Origin: Candidatus Bathyarchaeota archaeon
Lineage (GTDB): Archaea > Thermoproteota > Bathyarchaeia > Bathyarchaeales > Bathycorpusculaceae
DNA: 64,000 bases
Reading direction: 5' to 3'
Assembly (NCBI GenBank): GCA_026014725.1
Contig: JAOZHV010000044.1
Span: 28,272-92,271, forward strand
Shown: one piece after another, positions 27,340 through 36,172 of the stretch
Layout of the letters: each line of letters begins with the position of its first letter
Position numbering within the stretch: the stretch's first letter is position 1
Position numbers and translations under genes: made by a program
The notes under the pieces: model-generated
The model's input: only the letters and a program-made list of their open reading frames with translations
What the model was told of the DNA's origin: nothing
Databases searched by the model: none

Positions 27340-27466
27340 CGTTTTCTTCCCTTAAGGAATCGGTTACCGTAAGAAAAATTCATAAGCAAAGACAACAAAT
27401 TGGTGGTTGGAGTAGCGCTAATGAAGTGGCTCATTGAGGCGCATTTGGAGTTAATCGTGATATAGC

Positions 27467-28069
27467 ATGGTCGGCAAGTCGCCTACACGAAGGAAAACAT
27501 TTGTGGCAAGAGAAGACTTGCTGAACCGTCTGGGCGAAGTCGCAAAAGAACGCGGCAGCAGCCTCTACGAGTTGGTCAATGAAACCTTTGAATTAGTCAT
27601 TACTTCTCAAAACTTAGGTTTAAACCTAAAGAAGATTGTGGATTCACGCAAACGTCTGGAAGATGCACGTGCACTAGGCTTCATTCTTGGGTTAGAAAGT
27701 CTCTGGTACGAAATGGCTGACTTAGCTTACGAGAAAGGCAAACGCCAAGCCCTCAAAAGCTGGTTTGATGCTGGCGTCTGGTTTGCCACGCGCTACGTTA
27801 CAGGTAATGGTGATTCTCCTCTCTTAGCGTTTAAAAATGACTTAGCTGGGTTAACATGGAACGTGCCAGAGTTTGTTTTGGAGGATAATTATGATAGAGT
27901 GTCGGTTCGCGTCACTAGCCCAAGGTTTACTGAGTCTTACACGATTCTGTTTTCGGCTTTTTTGGAAGGTGCCATGAAAGCGTTTGGTTACAAGATAGAT
28001 TCTAGGGATGTTTCAAGAGGGGTGATTCGTTTGGAGGCATTAAAGGAGGAAGTTCATGGTTCAACGTAA
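27467..28069 (+). CDS. Putative RHH plus V4R-like regulator (paralog 1)
   Basis: N-terminal beta-helix-helix (RKTFVAREDLLNRLGEVAKERGSSLYELVNE); WFDAGVWF and FLEGAMKAFGY. Confidence 0.6.
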   Translation: MVGKSPTRRKTFVAREDLLNRLGEVAKERGSSLYELVNETFELVITSQNLGLNLKKIVDSRKRLEDARALGFILGLESLWYEMADLAYEKGKRQALKSWFDAGVWFATRYVTGNGDSPLLAFKNDLAGLTWNVPEFVLEDNYDRVSVRVTSPRFTESYTILFSAFLEGAMKAFGYKIDSRDVSRGVIRLEALKEEVHGST

Positions 28070-28628
28070 GGATAAGAAGCTAGTTTATGTTCCTTTTGAC
28101 CTCCTTGAGGAGGTTGCGAAATCCTCGCGCAGCAGGGGCGTAACGATTAGCAGATTTATTGAGGAATCACTGGAGCAGTCCGTTAGGGTTACTTCTGCTG
28201 GTTATGACCTTCATCAGTTGGGCGAGTTCTTTGAAGTTATCTATGCACAGAGGGTTTTAGGCGGCGCTTTTGTGCCTTTAGACGTGCTTACGTTTTTGAC
28301 TAATGAGGTTTGCAAATCTGGCAAAGAACAGTTGGAGAAGGTGTGGTTTGAGAGCGGCAAGTGGCATGGCAAGTACCTAAAAGAGCGGTTTGCTGACCCA
28401 GTTTTGGCGCTTAAGAGTTTTCTTGAGGCAAGCCGTTGGGATTTGAGCGAAGTTGAGGTCCGAAAAGACGGTGCTAAGGCAAGGGTGAGGTGTGTTTCCA
28501 CTGTGCTCAAAGAGGATGCGACGCAGGCGCTTGCACGGTTTGTTGAAGGCGTCATGAACGGTATTGGTTATCAGACTGAGAAAAGTGAAGTCTTAAAGGG
28601 CATGTTGATTATTGATTTTAAGCTCTAA
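28056..28628 (+). CDS. Putative RHH plus V4R-like regulator (paralog 2)
   Basis: KLVYVPFDLLEEVAKSSRSRGVTISRFIEE; WFESGKWHG and FVEGVMNGIGY; overlaps paralog 1 with a GGAGG site. Confidence 0.6.
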   Translation: MVQRKDKKLVYVPFDLLEEVAKSSRSRGVTISRFIEESLEQSVRVTSAGYDLHQLGEFFEVIYAQRVLGGAFVPLDVLTFLTNEVCKSGKEQLEKVWFESGKWHGKYLKERFADPVLALKSFLEASRWDLSEVEVRKDGAKARVRCVSTVLKEDATQALARFVEGVMNGIGYQTEKSEVLKGMLIIDFKL

Positions 28629-28867
28629 TTTTCTGTCGAACAGGTCGACAGTTTGGAGCTTTTTGAGCAGTTTTCTTGAAAAAAGAAGCTTATTTTGGGC
28701 TTTAAATGTGTACTGACCCTTACACGTGTAATGAAACGTGTACACATCACTTGTTGGGCTAGGGCTTGTTTACAGTAGATATAAGTACTAAGTCGACTAT
28801 AGTTCAAGCGCTAAAAAGCAAATAATAAAGTAAATGAAAAATTCGATAAAATACGAGGAAATTAAAA

Positions 28868-31195
28868 ATGAATACCCTAACAACCCAAAACAAGAAAAAA
28901 CTTTTCGCAACATTAACCCTGACAATTCTAGTACTATCAGCAGTTCTGGCAGCAATTCCACTAGCAAGCGCAGCTCCAGGAATAACAACACCAGCGTCAG
29001 GTGATCCTTTTAACGTTGGTGACGAAGTTACAGTTTCAGGCGGTGGCGCAGCTCCTGGTACCTATGTCGAGGTTTTCTGGGAGAATACTAACCCAGCGAA
29101 TCTGTTGGCTGCAGATTATGCCGATGGAGCTGGTGATTACGAAATTGATGTGACAATCCCGCTTGCTCCCGCAGGCACTCACTACCTAATTGTTAGAGAC
29201 CCAACTGGTACGGCATCCGTAGACATCGAAGTTGAACCAAAGATAACATTGAGTCCAACGACAGGCATCCCTGGTGATGTAGTCACTGTTACAGGTACTG
29301 GCTTCTCAGGCTCAGCTACCCTTGCAAACAGAGTCATAACAATCACCTTTGATGGCGACACAATGACTCTCACTCCAAGCCCCACAAGAAGTAACACATC
29401 CGGTTATTTCACATGCACTTTTGAGGTCCCTGACCTCGCTTATGGTACATATGATGTAATCGCAGATGACGCTGACGCAGCTGTAGACCCTGCAGACGCC
29501 GCTCCATTTACAATCGGCGCTACCATAGCGCTATCACCAACCTCAGGTCCAGCAGGAGCAGTTGTTACAGTCTCTGGTAGAGGCTTCACTAAAGTAGCAG
29601 GCACTGGACTGACATTCACAATAGGTGCAACTCCAGTTGTTGAAGTTACTCCCATAGTAACTTTGGCAGACGGAACATTCACCGGGTCAATCATCATTCC
29701 ATCACTTACTGCTGGCCCACAAACTGTTTCAGCAAATGACGGTACATATACCGCCACAGCTACCTACACAATATCTACTGGAGCAGTAACAACAATTACT
29801 TTAACTCCAACCACTGGTCCACAAGGCTTCACAGTTACAATTAGTGGTGTACGCTTTACCGCAATTGCAGGCGAGGTCGTAACAGTAACATTCGGCGCAA
29901 TTACAGTTGGATCATTCGTGACTACCGCTTCAGGCTCTTTCTCTGGAACATTTGTGGTTCCAAACCTGCCGACAGGTTCATACACAGTAACAGCCACTGA
30001 CGAGAATGCACTAGTAGCTACTAAGCCTTTCACAGTAACAAACATCTTCGTTGGATTAACACCTAGCTCAGGTCCAACAGGCACAGTAGTTACAGTTGCA
30101 GCTTATGGATTCACCGCTGGTCATCCCGCTAGAATATCGATCTCAAACATAAACTTCACCGGCTTCACAACCACAGACTTGCTTGCAGGTACAGTAACAT
30201 TCATTATTCCACAAGTAACCGCAGGCGCAAAGACAGTAACAATCACAGACCTCACTAGTAGCGAATACACTACAGCAACCTTTACCGTAACAGCAGCAGC
30301 AACAGCAACTCTCAGCCCAGCAGCGCAAGCAAAAGGATACGACGTAGTCTTGACAATCACAAACTTCCCAGCTGGCGCAGACTTTACAGCAACGCTCAGC
30401 GGAGCAAACAGTTTCGAAGAATTAATCTTCGATGATACAACTAATTCCACTGGAGCTTTCGTGGACACATTCACCGTTGATACTGCATGGGCTATAGGCT
30501 CCTACACAATGACAATAGTCACAGACGATTCAACCTTCACACTCACATTGCCCTTCGCAATCGTAACACCAGTCATAAACATTAACACAGCAGCAACAAC
30601 ATACAACCAAGGCGACACACTCTCCTTCATTGCAACAAGCAATCTGGTAATCACAGGCACTGTTACAATATATGACCCAAGCGCACGCCCCTACGATATA
30701 TTGGTCATCGCGATTACTACACCATACGGAATCAACTTCATATGTCCTCAACGCTTAACACAATCACCACTATCAAGTGATGCTGAAATCGGCAACTGGA
30801 CATGGGAAGCAAACTTCGGCGATGTTACAGCTAACGGCGTATTCGAAGTCGAACCAAAGCCATTACCAGAACAAGGTCCACAAGGTGAAACAGGTCCAGC
30901 CGGTCCAGCCGGTCCAGCAGGTGCTACAGGTCCAGCCGGTCCAGCAGGTGCTACAGGTCCAGCCGGTCCACAAGGTCCAGCAGGCGCTACAGGTGCACAA
31001 GGTCCAAAAGGTGACACTGGTGCAACTGGTGCACAAGGTCCAGCCGGTCCAGCAGGCGCAGACGGTAAAGACGCAGAATTTGTGGGTGGTCCATCAATGC
31101 CAGTTGCTTCACTAGCATTGGCAGTTGTTGCACTCATAATTGGTCTGTTAGCAGCATTTGTTGCTTTCACTCTCCGCAAAAAAATAGCAGTCTAA
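28868..31195 (+). CDS. Cell-surface protein: tandem Ig-like (IPT/TIG-like) domains, collagen-like stalk and C-terminal TM
   Basis: Signal peptide; repeated ITLSPTxGxxGxVVTVxGxGF units; 22 Gly-X-Y triplets; TM plus RKK. Confidence 0.88.
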   Translation: MNTLTTQNKKKLFATLTLTILVLSAVLAAIPLASAAPGITTPASGDPFNVGDEVTVSGGGAAPGTYVEVFWENTNPANLLAADYADGAGDYEIDVTIPLAPAGTHYLIVRDPTGTASVDIEVEPKITLSPTTGIPGDVVTVTGTGFSGSATLANRVITITFDGDTMTLTPSPTRSNTSGYFTCTFEVPDLAYGTYDVIADDADAAVDPADAAPFTIGATIALSPTSGPAGAVVTVSGRGFTKVAGTGLTFTIGATPVVEVTPIVTLADGTFTGSIIIPSLTAGPQTVSANDGTYTATATYTISTGAVTTITLTPTTGPQGFTVTISGVRFTAIAGEVVTVTFGAITVGSFVTTASGSFSGTFVVPNLPTGSYTVTATDENALVATKPFTVTNIFVGLTPSSGPTGTVVTVAAYGFTAGHPARISISNINFTGFTTTDLLAGTVTFIIPQVTAGAKTVTITDLTSSEYTTATFTVTAAATATLSPAAQAKGYDVVLTITNFPAGADFTATLSGANSFEELIFDDTTNSTGAFVDTFTVDTAWAIGSYTMTIVTDDSTFTLTLPFAIVTPVININTAATTYNQGDTLSFIATSNLVITGTVTIYDPSARPYDILVIAITTPYGINFICPQRLTQSPLSSDAEIGNWTWEANFGDVTANGVFEVEPKPLPEQGPQGETGPAGPAGPAGATGPAGPAGATGPAGPQGPAGATGAQGPKGDTGATGAQGPAGPAGADGKDAEFVGGPSMPVASLALAVVALIIGLLAAFVAFTLRKKIAV
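30875..31072 (+). repeat. Collagen-like (Gly-X-Y)22 coding repeat
   Basis: [18 protein letters not shown] ... GAD GKD, uninterrupted. Confidence 0.95.
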
Positions 31196-31329
31196 AAAAC
31201 CAAAACAACTTCCCTTCCTTTTTTATTTTTTGTAAACTAAAAATCTTTTCTTTAGGTAACTCCCAAAAACCACAGACTCATTACTCCTAAAAACTCGAAA
31301 AACAATCCCTATTTTGCAAGGCAACCAAA

Positions 31330-31440
31330 CATATTTGAATCCTAGCAGTCAACCTACGCAGAAAACCTATAGAAGAGTCTGTTTTTTCGAGTATATTTGT
31401 ATCCTGATAGTTTCTATGTCAAAACCTCAACGGGTAGGTT
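31330..31440 (+). repeat. Two degenerate part-A copies (31330-31381, 31392-31440)
   Basis: CATATTTGAATCCTA...CTACGCAGAAAACCTATAG and TATATTTGTATCCTGATAG...CTATG..AAAACCT...GGGTAGGT. Confidence 0.7.
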
Positions 31441-31467
31441 TAGCTGTTTTTTAAAGCTAACCCTTCG

Positions 31468-31851
31468 TTATCTTTTTTGAAGTACAATTATCTTGTCGCT
31501 TTCAAGATTTAGGAAGTCTTTGTCTTTGGTTATGAGAGTCTGATTGCTTGTCGCTGCAATTCCAGCAATCATAATGCCTAACTCGTTTATCAGTGTACCC
31601 CTTTCCTTGAGTTTCTTGTATATTTTGACTGTCTCATCTAAAGCATCGGTTCCAAAATCAAGAATTACAAACCTGTTTAAGAGGTCTGTGATGTAGTTGA
31701 TGTACGATTCTGGGGCGCCCCTGAGCATTTCATATTGAGTAATTATCGTAGTTGAGACTCGCTCTTTTTCTTGATACGACGCTATGAGGTCTAGGGCATA
31801 TTTTTTCTTTCGTGATACATCAACCATTACTGAAGTGTCCAATATGACCAT
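31468..31851 (-). CDS. vapC: VapC (PIN-domain) toxin, possibly attenuated
   Basis: ILDTSVMVD, YEMLRG and LITKDKDF motifs; ELGIMIAG has Gly where the conserved Asp is expected. Confidence 0.9.
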   Translation of the reverse strand: MVILDTSVMVDVSRKKKYALDLIASYQEKERVSTTIITQYEMLRGAPESYINYITDLLNRFVILDFGTDALDETVKIYKKLKERGTLINELGIMIAGIAATSNQTLITKDKDFLNLESDKIIVLQKR

Positions 31852-31857
31852 GGGGGC

Positions 31858-32106
31858 TCACGCAAAAGAAGCAGATTTTCGGGCGGATGCACTCTTTCGA
31901 CCTTTTTCAGATGTAGCCAGTATTGCGTCTGCGGCTTCGTCGCTTAGGGGTTCGTTAGCATCCAAAAAGGTAAGTATGCTTTTTGGGTCGCCTTTGTTTG
32001 TGCATTCGGAGATGAGAGTTTTTAGGAGTTCGGTGAAGGATTTGCCGTTTTTCATTCGAGAGAGGTCTTCGTAGACTTCGTCGGATATTGAGATGATTTT
32101 TACCAT
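31858..32106 (-). CDS. vapB: VapB-family antitoxin
   Basis: MVKIISISDEVYEDL...KSFTELL; directly upstream of vapC. Confidence 0.88.
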   Translation of the reverse strand: MVKIISISDEVYEDLSRMKNGKSFTELLKTLISECTNKGDPKSILTFLDANEPLSDEAADAILATSEKGRKSASARKSASFA

Positions 32107-32283
32107 TTGAATCCCTGATTAATATATGTATATATACATGTATATAATGATGGCGGTGGCACTAACAATCAGAAAAATAACCTCAAAATTTTTGCTTCAA
32201 AAGAGGGAGGGACAGGGCTCCTCCAATCTCAATTACCTTAGACCCTCCGAAAAAAATAATTCTCTTTTGAAAGATACCCCCAA

Positions 32284-32707
32284 CGTATTTGCATCCTTGA
32301 ATGCCAAAATTGTCTATAGGGTTGGGTTTTGGGTTAGTTTTCATATTAGTGGGTATGTAGTTGGCGTCAGGTCGGTACATTGAAACGCTGGCACGTTGGC
32401 AAGTGGCTGTACGCAATTTCGGGTAGCTTACCATCCTGTTTGGCGTCTATTAGGAGCCTATTTGTATTCTATTAGGAATTCTATGCAGAAACTATAGAGG
32501 GGTAGGTGAAATCTGCGCCCTGCACCGTTATGGAGCAAGCATATTTGGAGCCTATTAGAGGTTCTATGCACAAACCTATAGGGGGTAGGTGTTTTCTGCG
32601 TCTGCACAGTTGCAGCGCGGGCATATTTGGATTCTAATATTCAACCTATGCAGTAAACCTAAAGGGGTCTATCGTGTTGGCGCATTTTCAAGCCAAAAGC
32701 ATGTTGA
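32284..32707 (+). repeat. Array of part-A copies (degenerate 32284, partial 32435, tandem 32457/32540/32622 with 82-83 bp period) ending in the start of part B
   Basis: C(A/C)TATTTG....CTA(T/A)TA......CTATGCA.AAAC(C)TA.AG.GG repeated; TTTTCAAGCCAAAAGCATGTTGA at 32685-32707. Confidence 0.88.
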
Positions 32708-32708
32708 C

Positions 32709-32820
32709 TTTACTGCGACCATATGCTACTACGACCATTACGGAGCTATTGCCCTTTAGGAATGGTCGTGGTAAAAAACGCTAAGGATGCGCTCGACAGC
32801 TCCTTGATGGTCGTAGTAAA
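32709..32820. repeat. Four-copy inverted motif array (TACTRCGACCAT, two forward and two reverse)
   Basis: Forward copies at 32711 and 32727; reverse copies at 32762 and 32807. Confidence 0.85.
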
Positions 32821-33011
32821 ACCGCCCAGTGTTGCGGGTATGTTTGTGCAAGCGCATTTCAATAATCAGCCATTTTTAATCGCCATTTTAAGTCACAAAA
32901 TTGTTTATAGGGGCGGGTTCAGGCTTGGCTTGGGTGACGGGCGAAAGAAAAAAACCCTACGGGCCATGCTAGTGCCCAAACTGCATTATGCCAATCAATT
33001 GCAAACACAAA

Positions 33012-33068
33012 GAAAAAAGCCCTTTTAATAGGGGGATAGGTCTACCTGCAAAGCAACAAAACTTTCCC
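33012..33068 (+). repeat. Distal portion of element part B
   Basis: AAAAAAGCCCTTTTAATAGGGGGATAGGTCTACCTGCAAAGCAACAAAACTTTC. Confidence 0.85.
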
Positions 33069-33088
33069 CAATATAAACATCATAATTT

Positions 33089-34702
33089 TTATTTGCGCTT
33101 AAGACGCAGAACCACCAAGACCACAAGAATCGCCAACGCTACCAAGACGCACACAACCAACAAATAGAATGCGTTTGAACCGTTTTCTATTGGCGGAGTT
33201 GTGGTTTGCTTCGGCGTCTGCGTAGGCGCCGCAGTCGCAGTCGGTGTTGGTGTCGGCGAAGGCGTTGCTGTCGGCTGAACAGTTGGCACTGGCGTCGGTG
33301 TCGCTGACGGCGTTGGAGACGGCGATGGCTCAACACCTAATACCACAACGTTCTTAACCGTGCTGTTTACGCTTCCAAAGGCATTACTAACCGTCAAATT
33401 CACATTAAAACTGCCGCTCACAAAAAAAGTATGAACAGCATACGACACATTAAACTTTGCCTGAGTCCCATCGCCAAAATCCCAAGCATACTCAACTAAA
33501 CCGTCAAGTTGCCCAAAAACAACAAAATTCACAATATCACCAGCATGAACAGTAGAAGGAGACCAAGAAAAATCGACCCCTACAAAGCCCAAAGCCGCCA
33601 AAACAGCTGCATAAGCATCAACCAAACCAAAACCATAGTAAATATCTCTATCTTTGCCATCAATAGGTTGCAAATCAACAGCCGTTTCTTGCAAAATCTG
33701 CCGAACCTCAACATTACTCAAACTCGGATTCTTCGCCCACACCAATGCAGCAACACCCGAAACAAAAGCCGCGGACATAGAAGTCCCATTACCAACTCCA
33801 AGACCATTATTCAAATAAGTGGAATAAATATTCACACCAGGCGCAGCAAGCTCAACCTGCGACCCAACACTAGAAAATGATGCCCTAACATTATTCTCAT
33901 CAGTAGCCGAAACAGCTATAACCTCATCATACTTAGCAGGAAACGCAATTTGACTATTACCAGTGTTCCCAGCCGAACCAACAAGCAAAATTCCACTGTT
34001 ATACGCCGCTCGAACAGCGCTAAGCAAAGGAGGAAAATCATTCAAACTCCAACTCATCGAAATTATATCCATACTATTATTCACTGCCCACTCAATACCC
34101 AAAATAGCACGCGACAAACTCCCATCACCATTACTATCAATAATTTTCACAGCATAAATCTCAGCATCAGGAGCCACACCAACAACACCAATAGAATTCG
34201 ACTTAGCCGCAATTATCCCAGCAACCATCGTACCATGACCAAAATCATCCCTCGGATCAGCATCATTATTAACAAAATCATACCCACCATAAACAGTCAA
34301 ATCATCATGCGGACCAACACCCGAATCCAAAACGGCAACTTTCACTCCGCTACCCGTACTTTGCGCCCAAGCTTGAGGCGCATTAACACGCTCAACCCCC
34401 CACGGCATTATCTGAGCGTCTGCTTCTATTTTGTTGTCGGTTTGAATGTAAGCTATCTCGGGATTTTTGCTTAACGTTCCAACGGCTGTCTTGGGCAAAG
34501 AAGCGTGCACCGCTGGAATAATAGAGTAAACATCGTGGATTTCGCCACCGCTTTTCTCTATCAACTCAAGGTCTGGCTGATTTGTGAAACCAATGATAAC
34601 ATCAACAAGATTAGCTAAACCAACGGGAACGACGGTAATAGCAAGCGAACTTAAGAGAACTGTCAAAACCAGAACTGCTGCAATAATATTTCGATGCGCC
34701 AT
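33089..34702 (-). CDS. Membrane-anchored subtilisin-like serine protease (S8) with PKD domain
   Basis: Catalytic triad VLDSG / HGTMVAG / GTSMS; propeptide; WDFGDG PKD motif; PT linker; TM plus RLKRK. Confidence 0.95.
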   Translation of the reverse strand: MAHRNIIAAVLVLTVLLSSLAITVVPVGLANLVDVIIGFTNQPDLELIEKSGGEIHDVYSIIPAVHASLPKTAVGTLSKNPEIAYIQTDNKIEADAQIMPWGVERVNAPQAWAQSTGSGVKVAVLDSGVGPHDDLTVYGGYDFVNNDADPRDDFGHGTMVAGIIAAKSNSIGVVGVAPDAEIYAVKIIDSNGDGSLSRAILGIEWAVNNSMDIISMSWSLNDFPPLLSAVRAAYNSGILLVGSAGNTGNSQIAFPAKYDEVIAVSATDENNVRASFSSVGSQVELAAPGVNIYSTYLNNGLGVGNGTSMSAAFVSGVAALVWAKNPSLSNVEVRQILQETAVDLQPIDGKDRDIYYGFGLVDAYAAVLAALGFVGVDFSWSPSTVHAGDIVNFVVFGQLDGLVEYAWDFGDGTQAKFNVSYAVHTFFVSGSFNVNLTVSNAFGSVNSTVKNVVVLGVEPSPSPTPSATPTPVPTVQPTATPSPTPTPTATAAPTQTPKQTTTPPIENGSNAFYLLVVCVLVALAILVVLVVLRLKRK

Positions 34703-34843
34703 CCAAGTTCCCAGACAGACACACAAGACTATGTATTAATAAAAAGTTTTGCCAATTCTTTCCCAAACAACCAAAAGCTGAATAGAGAACGAAAATTCTT
34801 TAAATCAGATAAAACTATTCAAACCAGAGGAGAATACAACCAT

Positions 34844-35218
34844 ATGGAAAGAACAGATAAACCGCTGACCAGAGATGCACTTGTCTCAATGCAAGTAATC
34901 GATGCACAAGGACGCTTAATAGGAAAAGTAAAAGACGTTGCCTTCGCAGTTGGCAAAATGGGCATCTCACTAACAGTGGAAAATAAGGAGGGCGAAATCC
35001 AAAACATCGGCTGGGAAGAAGTTCAAGCCGCCTCAGACTTCATAATCCTAAAGCCACAGCAAACAGCACAGAGCACATACCAACCACAGCAACAGCAAAC
35101 TGCCCAAACCGCGACGCAACAAAGCAGTCAACCGCTTTGTCCAACATGCAACAGGCCGTTGACGTGGATTCCACAATACCAGCGATGGTACTGCTATAAC
35201 GACAAAAAATACGTTTAG
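34844..35218 (+). CDS. PRC-barrel protein with Gln-rich linker and C-terminal Zn-ribbon-like motif
   Basis: MQVIDAQGRLIGKVKDV PRC motif; CPTC...WYCYND; GAGGAG upstream. Confidence 0.85.
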   Translation: MERTDKPLTRDALVSMQVIDAQGRLIGKVKDVAFAVGKMGISLTVENKEGEIQNIGWEEVQAASDFIILKPQQTAQSTYQPQQQQTAQTATQQSSQPLCPTCNRPLTWIPQYQRWYCYNDKKYV

Positions 35219-35480
35219 CCCCAACTTCATTTTTACCCAATTTTTATCGTCTTACAGCTTATATTTAAGCAACATGGATAGGTCAACACGCAGTTTGGCG
35301 CAATATGTTTGTCATAATTGTTTTTTTCGTGACAAAAACACGTAGCTGAACGATTGCAGTTGAAGGTTTTTAGTTAACTAATGCATGTTTAACGTTGAAA
35401 ACACTTGTTTGTTCTTGGTTTTTTGGCAATGAAAGTTTTTGTGTAATACATGCAGTATAAGCGGTAAGGATGAATATTTG

Positions 35481-35822
35481 ATGAAGGTTGAGGAAGCTAA
35501 AGTTCAAGCTAAAAGTCTGCATGAACTTGGTGATTGCAGTAAAGATTTTGGTTGCTCAATAAAAAATACTGCTCAGAGCGCAGGTTCAGCTAGAAAGCTG
35601 TGGCGCGAAGGCAACAAATCTAATCTCATCAAGCTTGGCGCAGCCATTTTCGTTTTCCCAGAACCAACACCCGTATGCGAAATCATAGGTGCAGGCGTCA
35701 TGGCTGCTGGGGTCATACAACAAGGCATAAAAAACCACGGAATATACGCTGAAGACATCACCAAAACGCTCAAAAGAACTATGCGGGAACTGCAAGAAAC
35801 AAAAAACTGCTTCAAACCATAA
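35481..35822 (+). CDS. Hypothetical protein
   Basis: ORF with a central hydrophobic FPEPTP segment. Confidence 0.6.
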   Translation: MKVEEAKVQAKSLHELGDCSKDFGCSIKNTAQSAGSARKLWREGNKSNLIKLGAAIFVFPEPTPVCEIIGAGVMAAGVIQQGIKNHGIYAEDITKTLKRTMRELQETKNCFKP

Positions 35823-35884
35823 CAAAAAACGCAGTCATCCTCACCCAACATAACTTCTCATTCAAGACGCTTATGAGCAATAAT

Positions 35885-35981
35885 GAGAAATTTTGTTGCT
35901 CTGCCTTAGAGCCCATCCCCCTATTAAAGGACGTAAATCCCTTTTTCTATATTGTTGCCTTGCTACGTATATAGGGTTCTG
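35885..35981 (-). repeat. Element part B (35930-35885) plus part-A remnant (35981-35970)
   Basis: Reverse complement reads CCTTTAATAGGGGGATGGGCTCTAAGGCAGAGCAACAAAATTTCTC; TATAGGGTTCTG is shared with 2632-2643. Confidence 0.8.
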
Positions 35982-36172
35982 GGTTCAATTTACTACGTAC
36001 ATTCTAGCATTCCAATCTGCTTGTATTGTACGTAGTAAAGCCTTCGATGTACGTGGTGAAAAAGAGCAGAAAAATGAGCTAACGCATGCACAAGTTGGCA
36101 ATCCGCGAAAGCAACAGATAAAGCGATATAAGGACAAAAACAAATAATGACAGCACCAGAAGGGAGCCGCAA

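Noticed and set aside
30748..31179. Antisense collagen-like ORF
   Set aside because: It is the mirror of the Gly-Pro-Ala repeat on the coding strand and has no independent signals.
32435..32707. CRISPR array
   Set aside because: The repeats are degenerate and ~50 bp, the linkers are homologous to each other, and no cas genes are in the window.
32723..33028. 101-aa ORF within the repeat region (also 32126..32383 and 32183..32434)
   Set aside because: No RBS or recognisable domain; they run across non-coding repeat motifs.
25429..33068. Replication origin with ORB elements (GAAAC...GGGG resemblance)
   Set aside because: The TTCCA half of the ORB is missing, copies are dispersed over more than 30 kb, and no orc1/cdc6 gene is present. 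Not fully excluded.
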